Shown here piece after piece: positions 18,986-28,000 of a DNA stretch of 39,694 nucleotides; position 1 is the first letter of the stretch; every line of letters starts with the position of its first letter. Source of the DNA: Candidatus Bathyarchaeota archaeon B24-2 (GTDB lineage: Archaea > Thermoproteota > Bathyarchaeia > Bathyarchaeales > B24-2); NCBI GenBank assembly GCA_002490245.1, contig PCNA01000001.1:1-39694 (forward strand). The letters run 5' to 3'. Both the position numbers and the translations under genes were made by a program. The notes under the pieces are model-generated. The model was given only the letters and a program-made list of their open reading frames with translations. It was not told where the DNA came from and made no database searches.

Positions 18986-19849
18986 TCAATAGTTTAAACT
19001 TCGAAGTTGTTTAACTTTGCCTAGAAAAGTCCCGTCGAGGAGATAAGCCTCCGCGTTCATGATATCCACACAGCCTGAACGGAGTATAGGCCCTATGAAT
19101 GCACCAGACCTCCCTTTATCACCGTTCTCCTCCAAGTTTATCGGGATCCCTCCAAGGACCTCGTTAAACGAAGGAAGTACGATCAAGGAGGAGGATTTAA
19201 CCTCGAGGTCGAAGGTCTCCTGAAAGAAGCGCTTTAAATCCCCTTCGACCTTTATGCCTAAATGTTTAAGCACCGATTCACCGAGCTTCTCTCCGTCACA
19301 CTCGGCTTTAATCCAGACCTGCCTATTTATCCTTAATCCTGAAGGGTCTCGGAAAGAAATTATGGGGTGAATATGACCTATGATGAGGTGTTTACAACCT
19401 AAAAGCTTTGGGTCTGGCCAGCTATGACCGTGAAACAGTCCTATCTCATCCCAGAGGGTAATTCCTGTTACAGGAGCTTGAGTAACCCCCTCTGGGAGTA
19501 ACAAAGATAGGTTTCCGTCATGATTTCCTGGAACAACTATGATTTCGTTTACCTTCTTCTTTAAAGCCTCGAGGAATTCTGGTATGTCCCTCCACTCCTC
19601 GATCTCTACCCCTGAGACTGTATGTTTCAAGTCGCCTAAGATTATCAAGCTATCTGGTTTAGCTATTTTGATTAACGTAAGGGTCTTCTTTAGGAGTCTC
19701 TTCATCTGTGTGGGGAAGTGGAATCCCTCTCGATTTAGGGAGATCTCCCAGCCTAAGTGTAAGTCTGAGATCACTATTACCCTTTCATATCCCCTAGTTA
19801 AAACTAGAGCTTGATAGGGTCTAAGTGGCCTAACGTCTATTTTACCCAT
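18986..19849 (-). CDS. Calcineurin-like metallophosphoesterase (COG1407 type)
   Basis: SDLHLG, LGDLKH, GNHDG, HGH, GHIHP and LPSFN. Confidence 0.9.
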   Translation of the reverse strand: MGKIDVRPLRPYQALVLTRGYERVIVISDLHLGWEISLNREGFHFPTQMKRLLKKTLTLIKIAKPDSLIILGDLKHTVSGVEIEEWRDIPEFLEALKKKVNEIIVVPGNHDGNLSLLLPEGVTQAPVTGITLWDEIGLFHGHSWPDPKLLGCKHLIIGHIHPIISFRDPSGLRINRQVWIKAECDGEKLGESVLKHLGIKVEGDLKRFFQETFDLEVKSSSLIVLPSFNEVLGGIPINLEENGDKGRSGAFIGPILRSGCVDIMNAEAYLLDGTFLGKVKQLRSLNY

Positions 19850-19925
19850 AGGTTAGATCAAGGTTATGGAGGGGGATGAAGTTTTCCTTGAAAGCGAAAA
19901 ATAAGTGTGTCTGCTAAAAGCAGAA

Positions 19926-20576
19926 TCACGCTTTCTGCGCTATCATCTCCTTACATTTCTGGACTCCTTGTACAGCGTCTACGGCGAAAGCGTCAGCTCC
20001 TATCTTCGAAGCGAACTCCTCCGTTATCGGTGCTCCTCCGACGATAACCTTAACTTTATCTCTTATGCTCGCCTCTTTCAGCGCTTTTATAACGTTTTCC
20101 ATCTCCACCATGGTGGTTGTGAGCAGAGCTGATAAAGCTAGTATGTCAGCGTTCGTTTCCTTCACTTTCTCCACGAACCTCTGAGCGTCGACGTCTACCC
20201 CTAAATCGTGAACCTCGAAACCAGACGACTTTAAGAGTGTTATCACGATGTTCTTTCCGATGTCGTGTAGGTCTCCCTTGACGGTGCCTATAACCACCAC
20301 TCCCTTTCTACCTACAGGAGTTGCTTTAAGATGTGGTTCCAAGACCTCCATGCCCGTCTTCATAACCTCTCCGGCCATGATGAGTTCTGCTAGAAAATAC
20401 TCTTTCTTCTCATATTTCTTGCCTACGATCTCCATACCCTTTGCCATACCCTTAGTCACTATATCTAACGCTGGGATCCCCGCCTCTAAGGCTTGGTTTA
20501 CAAGGTTCTTTATGTTGTCTATGTCGAATTCGACTATCGCTTTGCTTATCTTCTCCAAAATTTCCTCCTTACCCAT
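19926..20576 (-). CDS. Methyltransferase-cognate corrinoid protein (MtaC/MtbC/MttC-like)
   Basis: Cap domain plus GDLHDIGKNIV, LSALLTTT and VGGAP. Confidence 0.92.
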   Translation of the reverse strand: MGKEEILEKISKAIVEFDIDNIKNLVNQALEAGIPALDIVTKGMAKGMEIVGKKYEKKEYFLAELIMAGEVMKTGMEVLEPHLKATPVGRKGVVVIGTVKGDLHDIGKNIVITLLKSSGFEVHDLGVDVDAQRFVEKVKETNADILALSALLTTTMVEMENVIKALKEASIRDKVKVIVGGAPITEEFASKIGADAFAVDAVQGVQKCKEMIAQKA

Positions 20577-20705
20577 TCCACCACACCATTAACTATTCTT
20601 TCATCATAGTCTCTAAGGATTTCCCTCAAACTTAACTTCAAGTATACATTTCGTATAAGAATATTTCCCCTTTTCTCTCCGTTCAAGTTTTAGGGGTACC
20701 TTCTC

Positions 20706-21788
20706 CTACTTGAGTCCCATGTAAGATAGCAGTCCCTTGAAATCGACGTGTTCTTTAACCAACTCTTTAGCTAAGTTTATTCTCTTAGTGTCTCCAGCCT
20801 TTATTTTGCCTGAGATCTCTTGAACCTTCTGTACGGTTGTATATGTGTCGTAAGAAACCAAGATAATCGGTATTCCTCTCTCCTTAGCTTTAGCCAGTAC
20901 CCTGACTTCCGGATATAGATTTCCCGTTAATATTATCGCCGACGTGTCAGTTTCCATAGCTGCGAGAGCGATATCCGGTCTGTCTCCTCCGGTTATAACT
21001 GCTTTCCTCGGATATCTTCTGAAGTAGCTTATAGCGCTTTCCGGCCTCATGGCTCCGACGAGAAAGCCTTCGACCATGTTAGATAGGTTCTCTTCACCCA
21101 CCAGCACCTCTCCGCTTAAGACCTCGACTAACTCACTCACCGTCGGAGCCGTTATCATGGAGTTATAAGGTATAAGCCCCCAGACATGTAGGTTCCTCTT
21201 CTTCAAGAGCGGTATGACTAACCTCTTTATCCTCTCCTCAGATTCTCTTCTTATGCTGTTGAAGACTACTCCGGCATACTTCACTCCTTCGAGCTTTGAA
21301 TAGTGAGCTTTACACAGGATTTCGTCTAGAGCTTCGTCTTTACAGGTTGATGATATGAAAAGAATGTGAGATTGAAGCATATTCACGACCTTCGTGGCCG
21401 AGAGGCCGATCGACCATCCTAGGCAAGGTTCGTGAAGAGACTCTATTATTATTAAGTCTTTATCTCTCGATATCTCAGAGTAACACTCTTTCAACTTTTT
21501 CAGAAGGCTTTGACAATCCACTTCAAGGCAGGTCTCAAGATATCTATAATCGAGGTTTATGGGGTTTAAAATCTCCGGTTCCTCTTTAAGCTTCAACGCG
21601 TACTTCATGAGGAGGGAGTCGCTGTCGATAAACCGGTTGCCCTTCTTTACGTTTCCTCGTCCGATCGGCTTGAAGTACCCCACTTTTAGGCCGAGATCCA
21701 TGAAGTTTAAAGCCAGACCTAAACATAAGGCTGTTTTCCCGACAGAATCTTTCGAAGCAGAAGCTACATACAAACTCGGAACGTTCAA
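20706..21788 (-). CDS. Phosphotransacetylase N-terminal-like (BioD-like P-loop + DRTGG) protein, COG0857
   Basis: VGKT, VGYFKP, VGAM and ITGGDRPD...ILTG. No Pta catalytic domain. Confidence 0.88.
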   Translation of the reverse strand: MNVPSLYVASASKDSVGKTALCLGLALNFMDLGLKVGYFKPIGRGNVKKGNRFIDSDSLLMKYALKLKEEPEILNPINLDYRYLETCLEVDCQSLLKKLKECYSEISRDKDLIIIESLHEPCLGWSIGLSATKVVNMLQSHILFISSTCKDEALDEILCKAHYSKLEGVKYAGVVFNSIRRESEERIKRLVIPLLKKRNLHVWGLIPYNSMITAPTVSELVEVLSGEVLVGEENLSNMVEGFLVGAMRPESAISYFRRYPRKAVITGGDRPDIALAAMETDTSAIILTGNLYPEVRVLAKAKERGIPIILVSYDTYTTVQKVQEISGKIKAGDTKRINLAKELVKEHVDFKGLLSYMGLK

Positions 21789-21791
21789 CTT

Positions 21792-23951
21792 TCATTCACT
21801 TCCGATAGTCATCTTCACGTCTAGAGCTATAGCTCCTTTACCACGCTCATATACGAATATCGGGTTTATATCTATTTCATTTATCTCCTCGAAATCCATA
21901 GAGAGTTGCGATATCCTCAAGATTATGTCGACCACAGAGTCTATGTCTGAGCTAGTTTCCCCGCGTATACCGCGAAGCAAAGCGTATGCTTTGGTTTCTA
22001 AGATCATCTGGTAGGCTTCCTCCCGTGAGATGGGGGCTAGACGGAAAGATACGTCCTTAATCAGATTCACATATATTCCTCCAAGCCCGAACATTATTAA
22101 GGGGCCGAACTGTAGGTCTCTATGCATCCCGACTATCACTTCTCTACCTTGAGGCACCATCTTCTGGATCTCGACGCCGAAGACCCTAGCGTCAGGCATG
22201 AATATCGAGGCGTTCCTTATTATCTCGTTAAAGGCTAACTCTACCTCCCTGTCCGACTTGAGGTTTAATTTAACGCCTCCGATATCTGTTTTATGTAATA
22301 TCTGGGGGGAGACGACCTTCATTACGACGGGATAGCCTATCTTACGGGAGATCTCGACCGCTTGTCTTCTATCTTGGGCTAACCCATATTCTGGAACCGG
22401 TATGCCATAAGCTTTAACTACCTCTCTAGCCTCCACACTTAAGAGGTTGACCCTCCTCTCCCTTCTAACCCTGTCGAAGATCTCCCTAACGTCGCTTTTC
22501 CTCACCTTAAACTTAGGGATCTCTTGGATTCGTTCGCTTCTAAGGTACTCCCCATACTCTATCATTCCTGCAAGCGTATCCGCGGCTCTCTCGGGATACT
22601 CGAAGTTCGGTATACCTGCTCGAGCTAACAACTCTACGGCTTCTCTTACACTTTCTCCACCCATAAACACTGGTAAGATGGGTTTATTCGGGAACTTGGA
22701 GCGCATCTCTATTATCTTCTTAGCGGTTTCTAAGGGTTGGGTCATCGCTTGAGGAGTTAAAATCACTATGACAGCGTCCACGGAGTAGTCCTTCAGTAAG
22801 GTCTCGAGGGCAAACGCATACCTATCTGCCAAGGCGTCTCCTAGAACGTCGACCGGGTTTATCCAAGAAGCCTCCACCGGAAGTTTGCTTCTCAATCTCT
22901 CTATGGTCGTTGGGGATAGCCATGCAAGGTTCAGGTTACGCTTCGATACTGCGTCCGCCGCTACTATGCTAGGTCCACCAGCGTTCGTTAATATCGCGAT
23001 GTTTCGTCCTTCGGGTGTAGGTTGTGAAGCGAGGGTTAACCCCAAGTTAAACAGATCCTCCAGCGAGTCGACGGTTAATACCCCGCTTCTCCTGAAAGCC
23101 TCTCTGTACGCCACCATACTTCCGGCCATAGACCCTGTGTGAGAGGCGGCTGCTCTAGCTCCGGCGGCGGAGGCGCCGGCCTTGAATACTATTATAGGCT
23201 TTATTTTAGATACCTTTGGAGCCACTTCTAGAAAGCGTTTCCCGTCCTTTATCCCCTCGATATAGATGAGAATCGCCTTAGTGTTCTTATCGTTTGCTAG
23301 CAACTCGATAAAGTCTGTCTCGTCGGTATCCGCCATATTACCAAGACTGATCAAGTTGCTGAACCCTATGTTCTCTCTTTCAGCCCAATCTAAGATGGCT
23401 GTGCATAATGCCCCACTCTGAGAGAAGAAGGCTATATGGCCTTTGATCGGATTCTGCTTCGCAAATGAAGCGTTTATTGGGGTAGAAGTATTTATCAAGC
23501 CTAAGCAGTTAGGACCTAGCATCCTCATTCCGTACTTTCTGCAGATTTCGAGTAGACGCTTTTCCCTCTCAGCACCCTCCACTCCGACCTCCTTAAACCC
23601 GGCTGAAACGACTATGAGACATTTAACACCTTTTTCTCCTGCCTCCTCGGCGACTTGAGGAACTATCTTAGCCGGAACGGCGATTATCGCCAAGTCTACC
23701 TCATCCTCAACCTCGCCTATCTTCTTATAACATTTTAAGTCGAGGATCTTATCGGCTTTAGGGTTCACCGGATAGATCTGCCCTGGATACCCTGACCTTA
23801 TAAGGTTCCTAACGATCTCATGTCCCACCGCTCCAGGAGTCCTAGAAGCACCTATAACCGCGACGGACTTAGGTCTAAGAAACTTTTCGAGTATACTTAA
23901 CCTGTCCTTCTCGTATTTGCTATATAATCGGGGTTTCATGATTTCTTCCAC
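21792..23951 (-). CDS. acd: Acetate/acyl-CoA ligase (ADP-forming), fused alpha-beta
   Basis: SVAVIGAS, GPNCLG, SQSGA, SHTGS phospho-His, NPVD, and ATP-grasp HKTDIGGV and FGLGGIYV. Confidence 0.92.
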   Translation of the reverse strand: MEEIMKPRLYSKYEKDRLSILEKFLRPKSVAVIGASRTPGAVGHEIVRNLIRSGYPGQIYPVNPKADKILDLKCYKKIGEVEDEVDLAIIAVPAKIVPQVAEEAGEKGVKCLIVVSAGFKEVGVEGAEREKRLLEICRKYGMRMLGPNCLGLINTSTPINASFAKQNPIKGHIAFFSQSGALCTAILDWAERENIGFSNLISLGNMADTDETDFIELLANDKNTKAILIYIEGIKDGKRFLEVAPKVSKIKPIIVFKAGASAAGARAAASHTGSMAGSMVAYREAFRRSGVLTVDSLEDLFNLGLTLASQPTPEGRNIAILTNAGGPSIVAADAVSKRNLNLAWLSPTTIERLRSKLPVEASWINPVDVLGDALADRYAFALETLLKDYSVDAVIVILTPQAMTQPLETAKKIIEMRSKFPNKPILPVFMGGESVREAVELLARAGIPNFEYPERAADTLAGMIEYGEYLRSERIQEIPKFKVRKSDVREIFDRVRRERRVNLLSVEAREVVKAYGIPVPEYGLAQDRRQAVEISRKIGYPVVMKVVSPQILHKTDIGGVKLNLKSDREVELAFNEIIRNASIFMPDARVFGVEIQKMVPQGREVIVGMHRDLQFGPLIMFGLGGIYVNLIKDVSFRLAPISREEAYQMILETKAYALLRGIRGETSSDIDSVVDIILRISQLSMDFEEINEIDINPIFVYERGKGAIALDVKMTIGSE

Positions 23952-24049
23952 CGGTCAGATAGAATCTCCTTTTGAGTTCAACCCTCTCCCTAATTTCCCA
24001 TAGCTTTCTTGGAGAAGATATTAGAGGCTAGCTTATTTTAAAGTTGGTT

Positions 24050-25853
24050 TCATCCACCAAAGATTTTGCGTCTAACGATCTCCAGATACTCGTTTAATGC
24101 TTTAACCTCCTCCTCTGAGAGGAGATCCCGCATCTTAGAGGTTAGAATCTTAGCGTGTTCTTGAGGAACCCTAACGTAGAGGGTCTCTCCCTCCCTTACA
24201 TGTCTGCCGACTATCGGTTTATGCATAGAGATCGCGACTTGCATTCCCGTGCTTGCTTCAGATATCGGTTTTCCTTTATCCTGGATCTGAGAGATTTCCC
24301 CTATATCCCGCCCTCTCTCTGTGATCAAGGGGACTCTCGGTTTAATAGATCCTGCTAGAACCTCCACGCCGAAGATCGCTGGTTTAGCCTTCCGAAACAC
24401 GTATCCCGGTAAGACTCTAATCTTCGCCGGCTTGATCAGCCTCCTGTACTCTTCCATCTTCCTTCTGTCTTGCTGCTCCTTAAACCAGTTAAGATAGTCC
24501 TCTAGGAGATGGTAGATTATGTTGCTTCTGAAGATTTTGACCCCTCTGTTGTTCGCCTCCAATTCGGCGTCTGGTAAAACTTTAACGTTGAACGCTAAGA
24601 TCACTCCGTAAAGAGGCTCACTCTCCTTGACGACTAAAGCCTCCATGACGTCTCTTTTCGAGACGTCTCCGACATCGGCTAGTCTGACAGGCACTTCATG
24701 ACGTCTTAAACTTTCGACTAATGCCTCCAAGGAACCCAGCGTATCGGTCTTTAACACTATTCCATCGATCTCCGTGGATATCTTGATCTTTTCGACCTCT
24801 TCGGTTACGGCCTTCACGTAATCTTCTAGATTCTCTCCCTCTGGGACAGAATATAATGGTGATCCTGCTAGGGCTTCCTCTAGATTTGGTGCGACTATCT
24901 TTACTCCAGCCGCTGCGCTCACAGACTCGACGTCCGTGAACTTGTCTCGTGGATCTCTTATCTCGTCAAGAGGCTTAGGGAGTAGGATCGCGCGGACTCT
25001 AGTGATTATAGGCTTTTCCTTACCTCCCAGTACTATAGTGTCCCCCTTCTTCAAGACTCCGTCGAAGAGTATCACGTTCACCGTCATCCCGAGTCCTGTT
25101 TCCTCCCTCACTTCGAGTATGGTTCCCTTCGCCGCGCCCTCGGTGACCTGAAGCTTACGTTCCAAGTATGCTTGGGTTAACCCTATAAGCACGCTTATAA
25201 GGTCAGGTATACCCTCACCTGTCTTAGCGCTTGTAGGTATCAAAGCTACGGTCTTCGTGAAGTCTCTTATCCTGTCGTACCGGTCAGACCTAAACCCGAG
25301 GACTGAGAAGGAACCCATTATCTCGTAGAGGCGGTTGTTCAGCTCCTCGACGACATACTTATCCTGCTTCTTTATGGAGAAGATGAAAGGTTCGTCTTCA
25401 TGAGGCTTCCATCCAGGTATCCTATCTATCTTATTCACGGCGACTAGGAAGGGGGTCTTCCTATCCCTCAATATATCTATACACTCGTAGGTCTGTGCCT
25501 CAAAACCCCTCAAAACGTCTATAACCAATATTGCTATGTCGGCTACGGCTCCCCCTCTACGCCTGAGGTTCGCGAAAGCCTCATGACCGGGAGTATCTAT
25601 AATCAGTAAACCTGGGATCCTAATCTTAAACTGTATGTCTTTCATAAGGGGCTTGGTAACCGCGATCAACGTATCTGTAGGGAAAAAACTGGCTCCTATA
25701 TGCTGTGTGATACCTCCGGCCTCACGGGCCTGAACGGTGCTCTTTCTAATCCTATCTAGTAGAAGGGTTTTTCCCGTGTCGATTGGCACCTAGCAGGTAT
25801 GCGCCTGCTAGGTTATGCCCCAACACGGCTACTATAGGCTGTCTTACGGGCAT
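24050..25853 (-). CDS. infB: Translation initiation factor aIF5B (IF-2), join(24050..25782,25814..25853), 590 aa after removal of the 31-nt insertion
   Basis: Exon 1 from ATG 25853 reads MPVRQPIVAVLGH. Exon 2 continues (I)DTGKTLLLD..EAGGITQHIGA..DTPGHEAF..NKID. The ORF-track start (GTG 25789) lies inside the insertion. Confidence 0.95.
25783..25813 (-). other. Candidate 31-nt bulge-helix-bulge/loop mRNA intron in infB
   Basis: Transcript fold: CCGUGUUG-G-GGCA-UA^A-CCUAGCAGG-CGCAUA-CCUGCUAGG-UGCC-AA^U-CGACACGG. It has an 8-bp exon helix, a 4-bp central helix, two 3-nt bulges and a 9-bp intron stem. Excision restores the frame. Confidence 0.85.
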
Positions 25854-25974
25854 ATTCCGCTACCTCTTCCTCCCTATCTTCGGAGTTTCACCTCACACAG
25901 TTAAACCAATTAAAGGAGGAGCTTCCTTATTTAAAAAGTGTTTTTCTGTGAAATCGAAGGTGAAAAAACAGGTT

Positions 25975-26172
25975 CTAACCTTTTCCTTTCTCTTCCTTTC
26001 CGTAGTACTCGGTCCAGCGGATCTTCCTTGGGTCGCGTTTAAGCTCTAGCGAGCTTCTCCTGCATTTCCTCGAGCAGAACCAGAGTAGTACTCCATCGTT
26101 TCTGACGTACAGCATCCCTGTTCCAGGCTTTATTTCTCCACCGCAGAAAGCACACTTATAGGTCCTCGGCAC
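25975..26172 (-). CDS. rpl24e: 50S ribosomal protein L24e
   Basis: CAFCGGEIKPGTGMLYVRNDG..FCSRKC..PRKIRWT. Confidence 0.97.
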   Translation of the reverse strand: MPRTYKCAFCGGEIKPGTGMLYVRNDGVLLWFCSRKCRRSSLELKRDPRKIRWTEYYGKEEKGKG

Positions 26173-26187
26173 TCACGGCCACCTCTC

Positions 26188-26400
26188 TCATTTGATCTTC
26201 TTAGCCTCCCTTTCAGTCTCTCTTAACATTAGTATGTCTCCTTCACGCACGGGACCCTTAACGTTGCGGGAGATTATGCGGCCTTTATCTCTTCCCGCGA
26301 GGATCCGGACCCTGACTTGGGTTATTTCACCCGTTACGCCGGTCCTTCCTATTATCTGGATGACCTCTGCTGGAGTAAGTTCCTCCGATGACTCGCTCAA
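26188..26400 (-). CDS. rps28e: 30S ribosomal protein S28e
   Basis: [36 protein letters not shown]. Confidence 0.97.
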   Translation of the reverse strand: MSESSEELTPAEVIQIIGRTGVTGEITQVRVRILAGRDKGRIISRNVKGPVREGDILMLRETEREAKKIK

Positions 26401-26783
26401 CTCTCCTTGCTACCACCCTTAAGCACGTTTACCCTAGAGATTATCTCTTTCAGAAGGTCTGAGGATTCGCCTGGATCGATTATGCATGCTGAAGCTGCTC
26501 CTACATCTATACCCGCCGCCTTCCCTAGCCTATTCTTGTCTGGAACGTAGACGTAAGGTATCTTCTTCTCCTCGCATAGTAATGGTAGATGAGCTACTAT
26601 CTCCGGTGGTTCAACGTCCTCGGCTATCAGGACTAGCTTCGCCAGCCCTCTCTCAACGGCTTTCGTCGTCTCGTTCGTACCCTTCTTTATGGACCCTGTG
26701 TCTCTCGCTATTTGGAGGGCTTCATAGGCTGCGTCCGCGACTTCCCTCGGAACCTCAAACTTCACGTAAAACGGCTTAGACAA
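26397..26783 (-). CDS. rpl7ae: 50S ribosomal protein L7Ae
   Basis: [34 protein letters not shown]. Confidence 0.97.
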   Translation of the reverse strand: MSKPFYVKFEVPREVADAAYEALQIARDTGSIKKGTNETTKAVERGLAKLVLIAEDVEPPEIVAHLPLLCEEKKIPYVYVPDKNRLGKAAGIDVGAASACIIDPGESSDLLKEIISRVNVLKGGSKES

Positions 26784-26826
26784 CGCCTCACCCCCGTTTA
26801 ACTCCTCTTTATTTTTTGTTACCTCA

Positions 26827-26840
26827 CTTAAGAACCTTTC
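26827..26840 (-). promoter_or_regulatory. Putative BRE/TATA box of the rpl7ae operon
   Basis: GAAAGGTTCTTAAG on the minus strand about 45 nt before the TTG start. Confidence 0.4.
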
Positions 26841-27110
26841 GAAATTTTAGTTCTGTGCGTGGATAAGTTAAGGGCAAGATAAAACGCTTTGATCTAAAGC
26901 TTAACCGAAAGATTGAAAATCTAACTAAAATTTAGAGTAGACTCACAGTAGCTATCATGGCCTTACACGGTGTAGTTCAAGTCTCCTCTTTTAAATCCCT
27001 CCTTTATGAAGGAGTCTAGAACCGTTGTTTCAGATCCTTCCTTAACATAACGTTTCCTACAGCCTCTTCGATTAAAGCCGGAAAATTAGGGTTCTTTCTC
27101 ATTTCTGTTG

Positions 27111-27530
27111 TCACGCCTCGGTATGGCCGGACGACTTAATCGGTACTCTCTTGATGTCTGGTATTCTATCGAAGGCTTCATCGTCTGAGACTACTTGACG
27201 ATCTAATGTTAGCGCGGAAGCAGCTATAAGGCTGTCGAAGTAGCTCAGTCGATATTTCTCCTCTAGCTCGCTTTGAAAAGCTAGCAGGCTCACGCTTAAC
27301 GTCTTAACCTCCTTCACGTTATTCTGCGTTAGGGCTTCGTGTAGAGCTAGTAGCGCGATCCTAACCTGAGATGGGCTTCTACCGCGGGCTCTAAGAACTA
27401 TTTGAAACTCTAGTATGGCGGTATCTGGTACGACGAGCCCGTTTACCTCTTTAAGTAGGTTTATTGCGTCCTTGTGTTTCCGATCTCTAGGGTTCATGGC
27501 GAAGAGGAGTTCTGTGTCAGCGACCGGCAT
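27111..27530 (-). CDS. vapC: PIN-domain (VapC-type) toxin
   Basis: ADTELL, ILE, LSYFDSLIAASA and SDDEAFD acidic PIN residues. It overlaps the upstream antitoxin gene. Confidence 0.9.
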   Translation of the reverse strand: MPVADTELLFAMNPRDRKHKDAINLLKEVNGLVVPDTAILEFQIVLRARGRSPSQVRIALLALHEALTQNNVKEVKTLSVSLLAFQSELEEKYRLSYFDSLIAASALTLDRQVVSDDEAFDRIPDIKRVPIKSSGHTEA

Positions 27531-27759
27531 GGCTCTTCAGCCACCTTTCTGCTTCAGGCTCGTCTCTCTCCTCCTCGTATGGTTCGCCGATAACTTCTTC
27601 CAATACCTTGTAGGGATTACGTGGCAGAGGTTCGATTATTATCTTCCCTTCCTCGACGTGGATGAGAACCCTCTGCCCCTCTTTAAGGGTTAATTCTTCC
27701 CTAATGGTTTTAGGTATCACCAGTGTATATCTTCTGCCTATAACAGATTCTTCAGACAT
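27517..27759 (-). CDS. vapB: AbrB/MazE/SpoVT-fold antitoxin (VapB-type)
   Basis: IGRRYTLVIPKTIREEL.LKEG....I..EEGKIIIEP. The probable start is ATG 27759. Confidence 0.88.
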   Translation of the reverse strand: MSEESVIGRRYTLVIPKTIREELTLKEGQRVLIHVEEGKIIIEPLPRNPYKVLEEVIGEPYEEERDEPEAERWLKSHAGR

Positions 27760-28000
27760 ATAAATCACTATACGTAAATAATGTGGATTATCAGATAAAA
27801 ACTTAATCGCACGCACCTTTATACTGGAGGCCTACTCGCCGGCTAATATCAGTTAGGAACCTAAAGGTTGGAAAACCAAAAACCGTCTTCAGACGTGAGG
27901 AACTTTAACCTCCTCTCAAGCGATTATCGCGTCCAACTTACGGCTGGGATGTTAATCTCATGAGACTTCACCTACATAGCTAGACCTTTCATCGGTGGAC

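Noticed and set aside
25787..25789. GTG start for infB proposed by the ORF track (MPIDTGKT)
   Set aside because: It lies inside the 31-nt insertion and would delete the first beta strand and the GH of the G1 motif, which are encoded upstream from ATG 25853.
25783..25813. Programmed ribosomal frameshift or intein as the explanation of the infB insertion
   Set aside because: A frameshift would leave about 10 extra residues in the P-loop. An intein must be in frame and far longer, and no intein terminal residues are present.
26955..26995. tRNA T-loop-like GTTCAAGTC
   Set aside because: No complete T-stem, acceptor stem or cloverleaf can be formed.
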